Positions 31,945-43,349 of a stretch of DNA of 64,000 nt are shown here, piece after piece. The notes under the pieces are model-generated. The model had not been told where the DNA came from, did not search any database, and saw only the letters and a program-made list of their open reading frames with translations. The position numbers and the translations under genes were made by a program. This stretch comes from Thecamonas trahens ATCC 50062 (Eukaryota; Protista; Apusomonadida), in contig NW_013657670.1 of assembly GCF_000142905.1 (NCBI RefSeq), positions 1 to 64,000 on the forward strand. The letters run 5' to 3'. Positions within the stretch are counted from its first letter, which is position 1, and every line of letters begins with the position of its first letter.

Positions 31945-32308
31945 TCGTCCGTCGACACCACGTGTTCTCACGCCTGTGGTCACGGAGAACCGCCGCCGGG
32001 CGCCCTCACGTTGTGCCCCCCCCTTAAACCCAAGCCAAGCCACCAACAGCACACAGCTCGACAGCCCACACCACAGCAGCAACAGGCACATGCCAGCCGA
32101 CATGGATGCCATCGGTTGCGATCTCGTGCCATGATGCACTCATCAAGATCCACGTCAGCGGACGTCAGCCTGAGCACGCGTCAGGCATTCGTCACCCGTC
32201 GAGTGGTGTCACGCGGTGAGGCCGACGGAAGAGGGGGTGGACGACAGGTCGTACGCAGCACACTCAACTCGCACGAGATCCTGTGTCTGTGGGAGGAGGA
32301 GGAGGAGG

Positions 32309-35292
32309 ATGTTCAAGTCTCTCAAGTCTATGTTTTCTGGAAGCAAGGGAAGGGCGAGGAAGGGAGGGTGCATGGCGGTTCGCAGGCAGGGAGCTCGGCA
32401 TCGAGCGGGCGAGGTGGCGGCTCGGGTGCGTACACGCGACCACCGCCGGACGATATGGCGGATTCAACGGATGATATGCAACCGAATCCGAATCGCCTTT
32501 TGCATTGTGGTCTGCTTCCATCCATTACGGCTGCAGCATACGCTCCGCATGCCTCGCTCATCGCGCTCGGCTCGAGAGACGGCGCCATCAAGATCCTCGG
32601 GTGTCAGGGAGTCGAGCTGGCTCTGCTGCGCCCACCCATGCCGTGTCATGTGGCGGATCTGGTCTTTGTTGCTGCTGCAGCAGTTGGTGACGACTCGGGA
32701 TCGAGCTCGGTGTCTTCGCAGCTGCTGCTGGTCGCCGCTATCGGCTCCGAGCTGGTGGTGTGGGACGTGACCTCGCCGCAGGCCTCGCCCGAGGCCAAGG
32801 CGTATCCGACGCCGGACGGTGCACCAGTCAGCGCGCTTGCTTGTGGACTTGGATCACACTTTGTGTTTACAGGCAGCGTCCGCGGCGACGTCACGGTGTT
32901 TAACTGCGCCAAGCAGCGGTTCTCGCTGTACTCGATAGCGCTGGGTGTCGGCGCGATCTCGGTCCTTGCACCGAGCCCGGTCGACGATGGCGTGCTATGT
33001 GTCGGAACCGACGACGGAGTGGCAATGGTAGTCGAGCTGGCGTCCAAGACGCCGCGGATGCTAGCGGCACCGGCTACTGCGCCGGAGCACGGGCGGGTGA
33101 CAGCGATGGCTTGGCGCCGCGACGGGAAGCGGGTCGCGGTGGCGTACGCCGGGAGCACATCCAGCGCCTTGGCCGACTTTGGGATCAAGGGCTCGGGAAA
33201 AGACGTGCGCGTGTTCCCTATCGATGATGCCCGGGTGGTGGACCTCGCGTGGATTGTGCCAGACGAGATGGAGCGCGATGCACTGATGATGCTCACGCCG
33301 CGGCCGCGCGGAGGCGAGGGAGGAAACGGCGGCGTGGTGCGGATCATCCACGGGTTCTCGGCCGCCATGCCGGACGGCGCGCTTTTTGTGACGCACGGCC
33401 ACATCGACTCGATCGACCTTGCTGCGGGAGCGAGTAAGTTGTTGCCGATTGTGGGCGGTGAGGGTGGGTCCGAAGCCGGCGACGGCACAACGAGCGCCGC
33501 CGGCGTCTGGCCGGCCTCGCCGACCGAAATGCCGACAATGGTGGTGGTGACCGGGTCGACGCCGACGGCAGCGCTGGCGGTGCTGTGCGATGTGTCGGGA
33601 GGGAGCGCTGTGGCGGGCGGGAACCAGTACCTCGAGCTGCCGCTGCCGCGGTCGCTGGCGCTTGCGGCGGGCGGTGTGACGGCAACGTACTGTCTCGAGA
33701 ACGTCCCGCTCGAGCTTGTTTCGCATCTGTACCGGACCTCGCCGCGCGGGACGTATACAAGCCCACGTGACGAGTGGCCGCTGGTGGGTGGCGCGCTGGG
33801 ACAGGGGCTGGCCGGCGAGGCGTCAGTCGGGGCGCGGCTGCTTGTCACCGGACACTCGAGCGGCGTGGTGAGCGTGTGGGACGTGACAACGCCTGCGCTT
33901 TGCGAGCTCAGCACGCTCAATGTCAACATGGCATGCCCGACGATGCCGATGGACGCGCGTGTTGTGGGCCTTGCGGCGGCATGCTCGACTGATGGCACGC
34001 TCTGCCTCGCCGTGCTCTGCGGCTCGGGCGAAATCTACCTCGTGGGCGTGTGCACGAGTCTCAGCGATGACGACGAGCCCGCGCGGCATGTGGTAGCTCG
34101 ATACACCTGCGACGGCGAGCTGAGCGAGGCCGAAGAGGTGGTCGACGTGGTGCCGGCGGATGTTGGGCTGCTTGTGCGCGGCGTGGTTTGCCCCGACGGC
34201 ACGAGCGACAACCGGTGCTCTGTGGTTGCGCTTGACACCAAAGGCGAGCATCTCGCGCTCGGGCTGCTCTCAGGCGCGGTGGTTGTCGTGGCTGTGGCAA
34301 CGCTGTCGCTTGAGGCGGTCGGGGTGGCGGCGAGCGTAGCAGAGGCACGGGCGACGGCTGTGGCGTTTGTGCGGGCGCCTGGCGACGCGCCGCTGGTGCT
34401 TGCAGCGGGAGGCTCGTCGGGCGAGGCGATTGTGTTGCCTGTTGCAGGCGAGGCGGGGGCGGTGGTGCGCTTGCCGCGGGAGGGCAAGGCATCGGGCGGG
34501 GTGACCGGCGTGCACGTGGTCGGCGACGAGGCGCGCCACCTTGCGGTAGTGTGTGAGCACGAGATACGGATGTACGCTTGGAACGAGGCCAGTACGCTGG
34601 ACCTTATCTTTACGCGGCTGGCCAAGCCGACGACCTCGCTGGTGTTTTCTGCGGTGGTCCGTGATGGCGAGCACGGCGGGGCCGGGCTTGTTGCGGTGAG
34701 CAGCAGCGGGGCGGTGTACGTGCTCTCGCTCCTTACGCTCCATCTTGTGCTCCGCGACTCGCTCGAAGCGATTGTGGAGCGACCGGTGACGCGCAGCGTG
34801 ACTGAGACCGGGCTCTGCGCCGCGGGCGACGGGCACCTGGCGGTGGTGCTCGACTCGGGCGAGCTCGTCCATGTTGGCTTGTTTGGCGAGAGGCGCGGGC
34901 TGCTGGGCCTTCCGGCGAGCGGACCGTATGTACAGGCGGCAGCGCTACCGGCGCGGCCAAAGCGCAAGGGCTTCTTCAAGTCGCTTCTGGGCGGAAAGTC
35001 CGAGTCGGGCGTGTCTCCCGAGCTCGAGGAGCTGCTCGGCCCTGTGGCGAGTGATGCGGCCACGGACGAGGCCGCGGGCGACGACGAGAGCAGGGCGGCG
35101 TCACGACCGGCAACCTCAGCCGAGGTCAAGCGGATGATGGCCGAGAACCGGAACAAGCTTGCAGAGCGCGGCGAGAAGATGGAGCAGCTCGGCGAGCAGA
35201 CGGCAGAGATGGCGGAGAACGCGCGGCAGATGGAGGCGTCAATCGCCGAGTACGTCCGCGAGCAAGAGAACAAGAAGTGGTGGCAGCTTTGA
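32309..35292 (+). CDS. STXBP5: Tomosyn/Lgl family WD40 protein with C-terminal R-SNARE motif; probable 1-nt frameshift at ~32348
   Basis: LIALGSRDGAIKILG, WPLVGG, LLVTGHSSGVVSVWD, ENRNKLAERGEKMEQLGEQTAEM, KKWWQL; best start MFKSLKSMF needs +1 nt. Confidence 0.85.
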
Positions 35293-35891
35293 GCGGCAAG
35301 CCTGAACCCTTAACGGTACGGTCGTTCAGACGCGTTGTCGCATGGTGAGGGGCTTGTTGTTGACGACCCCGAGGACCGAGAAGGAGAGCATCACAGAGCT
35401 GAACACAGCAGCCGGGCGGGAGAGCGCGAGGACGTCTTGCGACGGACGAGCTTGCCGGTCGGCGTGGCAGCGCAAGTGGTGGCACGCCATCTTGTACTGG
35501 ATTCTGGACGCCGCTCCTCATCAACACGTACGCGCTCTACGCTGACGCGAGCCCACGCCCCGCCATGACTCGCTTGGCTTTTCTCTACAACATCATCGAC
35601 GCCCACGCCGCCGACGCCGGCGCCGTCAGCTCCCTCTGCGGCGGCTGCTTGTCATCACCACATTCCCCAACAAGCCGCTCTACGACGCGACTGCCTCGCC
35701 TGCCCGAAACTCCATGGTAAGCGATCGCGGCCACAGACCTTTTGCGCCGCGCGCGGCGTCCATCTCTGCATCGCCGACTGTGTTCTGTTGTGGCAGCCAG
35801 TAACACATTGTACTACTCTTTTACAACAATTCATGGACGTTGCGACGTCTGTGGAGCGTCGCCCGGAGCGCGGCTTGCGCGATGAAAAGCC

Positions 35892-37197
35892 TTAAAGCGA
35901 CGGCAGCGCGTTGCGCGAGCCGAAGAACAGCGCCTTGTAGATGGAGCCCATGGCGTCGGGCGCGACGAGGCGCTCCACGCCCGGGATGATGTCGTCTGCT
36001 GACGCACCAGCAGCGAGAAGGGTCTCGGTCCGGGCGGCGATGCCGAGCTTCTGGAGAGCGACGCCCTGGTCGAGGAGAGGGGCAACGGCGAGCGCGTCCG
36101 AGCTCGCGGTGAGAACCTTGGCCAAGGTGCCAAAGTCGACGTCGGCGGTGAGATCGGCGTCGCCGGGATGGTCGAGGAATGAAGTGAGGACGGCATGGTC
36201 CTTGATGGCGCGGAGCGAGGCTGGGACCGGCGAGGCCCAGCCGTAGTCGATGATGGCGCCGGCAAAGGCAGGCGCCGGCGCCGCGGCGAGAACGCGGGCC
36301 AGCTCCTTGGCGGCGGCCCATGAGTCGGGCGAGATCTCGATGCCATCGCCGTCGACAACCGGCACCGAGCCGTCATCGACAACCATAGAGCAGGCGAGTG
36401 TCGGCGCGTCGGAGAGCGTCAGCGTCAGCGCGTCGCCGCTTGGGTCGAGGCCGACCAGCCGCTCGCGCCAGGCGCCGTCGACTCGCAGCAGCTGATGGAC
36501 CGGGAGCGCATCGAAGAACTCATTGGCGACGACGTAGATTGGTGCTCCGTCGGCAAAGGCGCCTTCCAGCTCGCGGACAGAGTCGTACCACGCTACAGAT
36601 GCGATGGCGGAGCGTTCCGATCCCGAGGTGGCGCGCGGACCTGACGGCGTCTCGCGCGATCCACGCTTGGCTCGCTCCCTCCGCGCGGCAGCTTCGGTCC
36701 GCGAGACCTTACCTCTGCGGGCGGAGCGGCGGCGAGAGTTTGGTTGAGCAGCAGACGCAGACGCAGCCGGAGCGTGGCGGGCACCGAGCGCTTTGGCCGC
36801 GATCCCGAGAGAAACGGCGAGGCCTCGACAAGGTGGACGTGGATCGAGTCCTGCGGGAGCTTTGCGATCTTTGCAGCAGCGCGAAGAAGATCGGAAGCCA
36901 GAGTGCCACGACCAGGACCAAGCTCGACGTAGTGAAGCACAGGCGTAGCAGCAGGAGCAGCAGTAGTCGCAGCAGGAGCGAGATGATCCGCCAGAGCGTG
37001 AATGCCGTAGACAGCGAGCGAGTCGGCAAATAGCTGAGAGACTTCGGGTGCGGTGACAAAGTCGCCGGCGGCGCCAAACACGTCCTGCTTGGCGTAGTAA
37101 CCCAGTGTAGGATGTGTGAGGCATGTTCGCATGTATGCTGCCAGAGGGAGTGGCCCTGCGAGCTTGATGGCCTTTGCAGCAGAGGGAGGAGGGCCAT
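35892..37197 (-). CDS. NDUFAF7: NDUFAF7/MidA SAM-dependent arginine methyltransferase; two apparent 1-nt frameshifts (~37173, ~36805)
   Basis: GPLPLAAYM..CLTHPTLGYY, GDFVTAPEVSQLF, VELGPGRGTL, VEASP, ANEFFDALPV, IDYG, PGDADLTADVDF, MGSIYK spread over different frames. Confidence 0.88.
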
Positions 37198-37325
37198 GGC
37201 GGCGCGTTGAGTGGCCGGCGGGGATGGGCAAAGTGGCTGGGGCGGCAGGACGTGGCGAGGGGGACAGGCAGGCGGGGTGGTGATCTGTGTTAACATCGGG
37301 GCTAGCGATGGGTGATGGAGCGCGG

Positions 37326-38291
37326 CTAGAGTCGAGCAAGCGCAACAAGAGTGACGAGGCCAGTGTTGAGCACCTCGTGGCCGCGATGGGCAAAGTTGAG
37401 GACGAGCGAGAGGGTGGCGGCAGCGAGGTCGACGTGGGCGAGGACGGCGAGGGCGGCGCCGGTGGAGACGGCCATGAGCAGGCCGTTGATGACGAGATGG
37501 ACCGACTGCGCCATGTAGCGCTTGCGGACAAGGGTCTGGAGGAAAAACTCGAGGACATAGGCGGTGTTGAGGGCGAGCCAGTAGTAGGGGAAGGCGCGAT
37601 GAGAGGCGAGGGCGAGTCCGTTCACAGCGAGCGAGACGTTGAGCCCATGGAGAAGCGCGTGCTTGTACAGCAGGTACTGGGCCTTCTTGACCCGGTACAT
37701 GACAGGAACGAGCGGCGATTCGGCTGCTGCAGCCGCATCGGTCTGGTAGTTGTCGGAGAACGAGTTGACCGGGAAGAGCGGGCGAAGGAGCCAGAGGCAG
37801 GTGATGGCAGCAAGTGCGATGAGGCGCGCGCTGAGTGGCCAAGCCGGAACAAGAGCGATGAAGACAGCCTGTGCCAGGTTGAGCAGCTGGTAGAAGACGT
37901 GCTCCACCATCTCGGCGGTGGTCACCACCGCCCGCTCCGACAACGTGCCCGAGGCGGCGTTGGCGATCCGGGCCTCGTCATGGGCGGCGGCAAAGTCTGC
38001 AGCGGCTGCTGCTGTTGTGGCACAGCCGAGGAGGCCCAACACCACGTTGTACGCCGTGGAATACTCTTTGATCATCTCCTCCTTCACCTGTGGCATCGGA
38101 GCCAGTAGCATCATCCATCCCAGACTCAGATGCATCAGCAGCGCACCGCCGAGCAGTCGGTGACGGCGGGCGTAGCGGCGGACAAACATGGAGGGATGGC
38201 GGGCGATGGCCAGGACCACAGGTGCGGCAAAGGCGAGCATGGCGTAGGGCACGCTCTTCTCGAACATGTTCCATGCCCATGTGGGTGTCAT
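37326..38291 (-). CDS. Uncharacterised polytopic membrane protein (start uncertain)
   Basis: Several hydrophobic segments; motif-like EMVEHVFYQLLN, FPVNSFSDNY, YLLYKHALLHGLN, YVLEFFLQTL. Confidence 0.7.
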   Translation of the reverse strand: MTPTWAWNMFEKSVPYAMLAFAAPVVLAIARHPSMFVRRYARRHRLLGGALLMHLSLGWMMLLAPMPQVKEEMIKEYSTAYNVVLGLLGCATTAAAAADFAAAHDEARIANAASGTLSERAVVTTAEMVEHVFYQLLNLAQAVFIALVPAWPLSARLIALAAITCLWLLRPLFPVNSFSDNYQTDAAAAAESPLVPVMYRVKKAQYLLYKHALLHGLNVSLAVNGLALASHRAFPYYWLALNTAYVLEFFLQTLVRKRYMAQSVHLVINGLLMAVSTGAALAVLAHVDLAAATLSLVLNFAHRGHEVLNTGLVTLVALARL

Positions 38292-38988
38292 GGGCAGGCT
38301 GGGGCTGGGGTGAGGTGGAGTGGGGTGGTGGGAGTGGGAGAGGGGGAGAGGGGGAGAGGGGGTGGGGGAGGGGGGGGGGGGGGGGGCGTACCGGACCTGC
38401 GTCATGCATGTGTGAGGGTCACGGTGATGGTTTGGGGGCTGCCTGTGTGTGTGTGCGAGGCAGATGTGGGGAGGGGAGAGTAGGGAGGGGGTTGTGAGAG
38501 CTTCATGGGCATCGCAATGATGATCGAGGGTCGAGATGCGCATGGACGATCCGTGCTGATGGCGGGGGTGGGTTGCGAGGCGCAGGACGTCAGGCGTGGA
38601 GCATGGAGCGCAAGAGGCCGCGACGGTGGGCGAGGAGGGCAGCGCAGCGTGCTGTGATGGCTGCGGCGACCAAGGGCAAGCCGGGAGGGAGTGCACCAGT
38701 CTACCGAGAGAGGACAAGAAGGGCGCGTGTCTGGTGACTGGATGCAGCGCGCAGCAGCAGATGAGCAGAGGGTGTTGCTCGAGAGAACGAGGGCGCACGC
38801 GGAGAAGTGGGCCAGGGCTGGCGGAGGACGGGCGAGTGGCCGGGCGAGCGCGACACGGAGCGACGGGAGGGTGTCGGTGAGGGGGGGGGGTGGAGAATGG
38901 GGATAGCGAGAGGTAGAACAAAGGTATGAAGCAGACAAGTAGATGTGGCGAGAGGTTAACATGTCGCGAAGGATGAGAATGATGTGGT

Positions 38989-39252
38989 CTAGCTCTGTTG
39001 TTGGCGTTCCAAGCGTTTGAGGTGGTAGTTGATGGTGGGCCCGTGGGTCTTCATCTTGCGCTCGACCGAGCCGACACAGGCCATGAGGGCCAACTGGGCT
39101 TGCCTACACCTCGCAGAGGAAAGCTCATTGCTCTCATAGCATGCCATGAGGGCGAGGAGCTCAGACGAGCACTCCATGGTCGAGGCAGACTTGGCAACAC
39201 GGAGCTTGAACGGCTTGGTCTTCTTGTGCAGCTTGAGCCGTCCGCGAACCAT
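38989..39252 (-). CDS. MRP10: Mitoribosomal protein mS37 (MRP10/CHCHD1), twin CX9C, 87 aa
   Basis: KLRV, CSSELLALMAC and CRQAQLALMAC, TINYHLKRL. Confidence 0.85.
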   Translation of the reverse strand: MVRGRLKLHKKTKPFKLRVAKSASTMECSSELLALMACYESNELSSARCRQAQLALMACVGSVERKMKTHGPTINYHLKRLERQQQS

Positions 39253-39637
39253 GGCTTTTGTTGGTTTGCCGAGTCGAGAGTATCGAGTGCGGGAGGCGTT
39301 GTCTTGAGGGGAGTGTTCGACCGGATGATCGTACTCGCCTGATCGTACTTGCTTGCTCGACCGTACGATCGTACTCGCCTTTGTGAGCGTGCTCAATGTC
39401 ATCGCTGTGCAAGTGTGAATTGTGTGGCGGCGTTGGCCATGGCTTGCTTCAGCTGCTTGTTCAGCGTCTGTTTCTTTGCTTGTTGTCTTGCTAGCCACGG
39501 CCGAGAGCGAGAAAGACGCACATACATGGGATGGGGGGTTTACGATGCGAGTCACCAAAGTAGGGGAAGAAGAGAGCACGGTGCAGAGGCAGAGATGAGA
39601 AGCGTGTGCGTGTGTGAGAGAGACAACAACGCCCAGA

Positions 39638-40652
39638 TCAGTAGCGGCGTTGGCTCCAGCCGCCGCGCGAGCCGCCACGGCCACGACCACGGCCGCCACC
39701 GCGACCGCGGCCACCGCCAAAGCGCGAGCCGCCGCGCCCGCCACCAAAGCGGGAGCCACCACGGCCGCGACCGCCACGGCCGCCGCGACCACGGCCGCCA
39801 CCGGCGCGCTTGGCCTTGGACTTGGGCTTCTTGGGGCCTGCGGGCTTGGGCAGGAAGCGCGAGAGCGGGAGGAGCTTCTGGGTGTCGACATACACCTTGA
39901 AGCCCGACTTGAACGAGTCAGCCTGGACGCCCTGCGCTGTCTTGACGGTAAACATGACCGAGTTAATGGCGCCGAGCACGTCGTCGATCTTGCCCACCAG
40001 CGCGTTGTTGTCAGAGTACACCATGGCGTTAAAGTAGGGGATCATGGTGTTGGTCGACTTGAACACAAGGTCGCCCTCGCACGGATGCACAAACTCACCC
40101 AGCTCTGCACTCGTACATGTTCGTCCGCCCTGGTAGTGAGTACACCGCCTGCTCACACGCCCCTGCTCGCGTCAAGGTGGATGGGCCGCCGGGATGGCAC
40201 TCGCCAGAGGGAGTGGGCGACTGGCCGAGCCCCCCGCACTCTTTGACAAACGCTACCGACCGCAATACACCACCGACAAAGCCCACACTAAAGACAAGGG
40301 AGCATGACGATATAGACTACACCCATGTAGATTATGGAGAGCATGGTACTTGTATTCGCCACGTAGGATCAGGCGGAAGACCGACGAGGCCCACCGCAAG
40401 AATATCCCTCGCCTCGGCCCGACGCACACACACCCGCTCGGCGACTCGGGGCCAACCCAGGGGGCGGGGATGGAGATGGGAGGGGGGGGGGGGAAGGGGG
40501 AGGGGGAGGGGGAGATCAGAGAAAGACGTACCAGCAACAGCCTCCGGAGGGCCCGAGTTGTAGCCACCGCCGCCACGGCCACCGCCATACGAGCGTCCAC
40601 CGCCGCGTCCACCGCGTCCGCCACGAGAGCCGCCGCGAGACCGCCACGACAT
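39638..40652 (-). CDS. GAR1: H/ACA RNP subunit GAR1; exons 40652-40532 and 40104-39638, intron 40531-40105
   Basis: RGG boxes at both ends; spliced [41 protein letters not shown]; GTACGT...TGCAG intron. Confidence 0.95.
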
Positions 40653-40767
40653 TATCAGAGAGGAGTATATACCTCTTCCAATGTCTGTCACCAGTATTAA
40701 TCGTTTGTTCACCCAACCACGCTCTCGCCATGATCCGAGCCACGCGCAAAGCCACACGTGCCTCAGC

Positions 40768-41637
40768 TTAGGGGGTACCGGCAGCGGCGGCTGCGAGAGC
40801 GGCAGCGCGCGCGGCGTGTAGCTCGGCAAGCGTGCCGGAAGCTGTGGCTGCATCGACGGTGGCGCGCCAGGCTTCAGACGAGACGCACGTCGCGATGTGG
40901 CCGCACACCGGACACGAGTCCTTGCATTGCTGCGAAGATGCACAGCTCGCACCGCAGGCGAGGCCCTCGGAGCACTGGTTGTACACGCAGTGCCGGCACG
41001 ACGGCGGATTCGACGCGCACTCGCCCGACGAGATGCACACCTGGCCACACGATGCGTTGTGCGCGCAGTGGTACGCCACGCACGACGGGCACGTCTCGGA
41101 TGCCTCACACTCGCCCGACGACGAGCAAATGGTGCCGCAGACCGGGAGTGCTGGCGGTGGCGGCGGCGGCGGAGACGATCCGGGCACGCAGCCCTTGGCC
41201 CAGTCCGAGTGGCAGGCACAACAAGTGATCGAGGTACCCGGAACGGCAGCACATGGCGCGCCAGGCTCGTTGTCGACCACGCACGCGCCATCAAAGCCGC
41301 CGCAGAAGCTCCCGCAAAGCGGATCCGGATTGACACACTGGCGGGTCACGTTGTTGCACGTTGTGCACGGGTTGCCTCCTCCGCCGACTCGGCAATCAGC
41401 ATCAATCACGCATCCAGCACCACACACTGGCTCGCAACGACCAGATCGTCCACATAGAGCACACGGATTGTCAAAGCGGTCGCCAGCGGTGCAATCTCCC
41501 GAGCTCGTGCACTCACTCCCGCACCAGTGGGTAGGCGACGAGAGCGAGGAGGAGGAGGAGGAGGTGGAGGAGGAGGGGACGACGATAACGACGACGACGA
41601 TGATGACAGCGAGGAAGAGTGAGAGTAAGACGTGCAT
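40768..41637 (-). CDS. Secreted Cys-rich protein with six C-x3-C-x5-C-xn-C-x2-C-xn-C knottin-like modules, 289 aa
   Basis: Signal peptide MHVLLSLFLAVIIVVVV; modules start CGSEC, CGAGC, CGSFC, CGTIC, CGQVC, CGASC. Confidence 0.8.
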   Translation of the reverse strand: MHVLLSLFLAVIIVVVVIVVPSSSTSSSSSSLSSPTHWCGSECTSSGDCTAGDRFDNPCALCGRSGRCEPVCGAGCVIDADCRVGGGGNPCTTCNNVTRQCVNPDPLCGSFCGGFDGACVVDNEPGAPCAAVPGTSITCCACHSDWAKGCVPGSSPPPPPPPALPVCGTICSSSGECEASETCPSCVAYHCAHNASCGQVCISSGECASNPPSCRHCVYNQCSEGLACGASCASSQQCKDSCPVCGHIATCVSSEAWRATVDAATASGTLAELHAARAAALAAAAAGTP

Positions 41638-41818
41638 GGCAGTCACAGGTTGGGGGAAGGGGAGAGGTGCTGGGTGTTGGTAGCAGAGGCCAATGACGAC
41701 GACGACGATGACGACGACGACGAAGGAAACGAGGACGACGACGACGAGGACGACGACGACAACGAGGCACGCGTGCGGTGACCCCTTCCCTTCCCCTCCC
41801 CACCCCACTCCCCCACTC

Positions 41819-42922
41819 ATGGACACGCCACCCCCTCGACCCATATCGATATACCACACAACCATATCTCCTGTCGATCACGAGCAACATGTGGCTGACG
41901 GCGTGCCGTATGTCGTCCGCGGCGGGGTGAGCTGCTGGCCAGCCGTGGCCGATGCAGACGGCGGCAGACGATGGACGGCAGACTCGCTGCTGAGCCTTGT
42001 TGATGACCCGGAGGTGACGGTCCGTGTACGATCTGCTGCTGCGGAGAGAGGCAAGTCTCTCCTTGCTGGCGATGAGTGGCTCGGCAAGCCTGTGGCCATG
42101 TCCTTTGCCACCTACGTCACAAGCCACTGGGCGGTCAACGACAGCTCGGTCTATCTCGCCTCGCTGCCCATCGTCAAGTACTTTCCGGCGCTTATGGAGA
42201 CGTACGTAGTGCCACCGCCGGCGGCGAGCCAAGGCAAGGCCGGCAATCTCTGGCTCGGCAGTGCAGGGCAGATCACGCCGGTCCACTACGACTTCTCCAC
42301 CCGCGAGCCCGGCATGGACGGCCTCCACGCCGTCGTCGCTGGCACCAAGATCTTCCGCCTCTTTGACCCAGCCGCCAACCTCGGGCGCATTCCACGCCGT
42401 CGCTCGTGGTGGCGCTGGCACCAGGGCGCCATCGACGTGCTCGACCCGGATCTGGACACCCACCCGGGCTTTGCCGAAGCTGCCTGGGACGATGTCGAGC
42501 TCGCCGCAGGCGACATGCTCTTCATTCCCAAGCTCTGGTGGCATCACGTTCGCACCACTACGCCTGCTGCCGCCGTCAACTTTTGGTTCCAGTCGCGTGC
42601 CTCGGAGGAGCTCAAGCTTACCGTCCATCGCCTCGTCATGGAGGAGCATCTCGCCTCCGCCGCCGCCATGGTCGTGCCCCGCGACCGCCTCGCCAACATA
42701 GTTGCCTTTTACGCCAAGTCGGCTCCGCCGACCGGCGACGCCCTCGATCGCTACCTTGCTGCGCCTGCCCGCGTCATGGCCCTCGACGCCTTTCTCGACA
42801 TCTTTGCCGCCATCGGCGCCGACCGCGCCGGCGCCGAGGCCGATCCAGACCTTGCCGCCCGCCTCCGTGCCCACGTCGCTACCTGGATCGACGCGCATCT
42901 GAGCGCACACCTGCTGCAGTGA
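41819..42922 (+). CDS. JmjC / cupin_8 2-oxoglutarate Fe(II) oxygenase (JMJD5/HIF1AN-like)
   Basis: NLWLG..ITPVHYD (HxD), GTKIFRLF, LAAGDMLFIPKLWWHHV, AVNFWF. Confidence 0.88.
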   Translation: MDTPPPRPISIYHTTISPVDHEQHVADGVPYVVRGGVSCWPAVADADGGRRWTADSLLSLVDDPEVTVRVRSAAAERGKSLLAGDEWLGKPVAMSFATYVTSHWAVNDSSVYLASLPIVKYFPALMETYVVPPPAASQGKAGNLWLGSAGQITPVHYDFSTREPGMDGLHAVVAGTKIFRLFDPAANLGRIPRRRSWWRWHQGAIDVLDPDLDTHPGFAEAAWDDVELAAGDMLFIPKLWWHHVRTTTPAAAVNFWFQSRASEELKLTVHRLVMEEHLASAAAMVVPRDRLANIVAFYAKSAPPTGDALDRYLAAPARVMALDAFLDIFAAIGADRAGAEADPDLAARLRAHVATWIDAHLSAHLLQ

Positions 42923-43027
42923 GCCTCTCTTCGATCGTGCCTGATCCCGCCAGCCTCCTCCCGCTTTCCAGTGCACTAATGAAATACTGAACTCGTGCCG
43001 TTTGCCTAAAGGAAATGCTATTGCATT

Positions 43028-43099
43028 GATTGCGTGGTCTAGTGGTATGATACACCGTTTGGATCGGTGTGGTCCCAGGTCCGATTCCTGGCGCAGTCC
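43028..43099 (+). tRNA. tRNA-Pro(UGG), atypical A37 and C55
   Basis: Acceptor GATTGCG/CGCAGTC plus C73; TGGTCTAGTGGTATGAT D region; CACCG-TTTGGAT-CGGTG; CCAGG-TCCGATT-CCTGG. Confidence 0.9.
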
Positions 43100-43100
43100 G

Positions 43101-43110
43101 TATTTTTTTT
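43101..43110 (+). terminator. RNA polymerase III oligo-T terminator
   Basis: TATTTTTTTT directly after the tRNA. Confidence 0.8.
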
Positions 43111-43349
43111 ACCCCATTTCAGACCCTCGGCTGTAGCCCCACTGTGTGCGGACAGGTACATGGTGGCTTGTGCCACCACAGATAAGCTGTTGACTACCTT
43201 CTATGGTGTTGTCTACGCTGATGGGTTGGATGCCTCCAGCCTGTGTTCAAATTGGAGGTGTATATTTTTTTTTCACCCCCCCTCTCTCCCCCACAACCTT
43301 CTATTCCGTCCCTCTTCCCCTCAGCCCTCCCGCACCACCTGTCTCACTC

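Noticed and set aside
35892-37197. NDUFAF7 (and RPC3) as pseudogenes
   Set aside because: Family motifs are intact and the only lesions are single-base indels at short homopolymers.
39308-39380. Repeated GATCGTACT motif upstream of mS37
   Set aside because: Explained by a short local duplication; not seen at other promoters in the window.
43028-43099. tRNA-Sec next to the selenoprotein
   Set aside because: The anticodon is UGG, the variable arm is short and the acceptor stem has 7 bp; it is a Pro-type tRNA.
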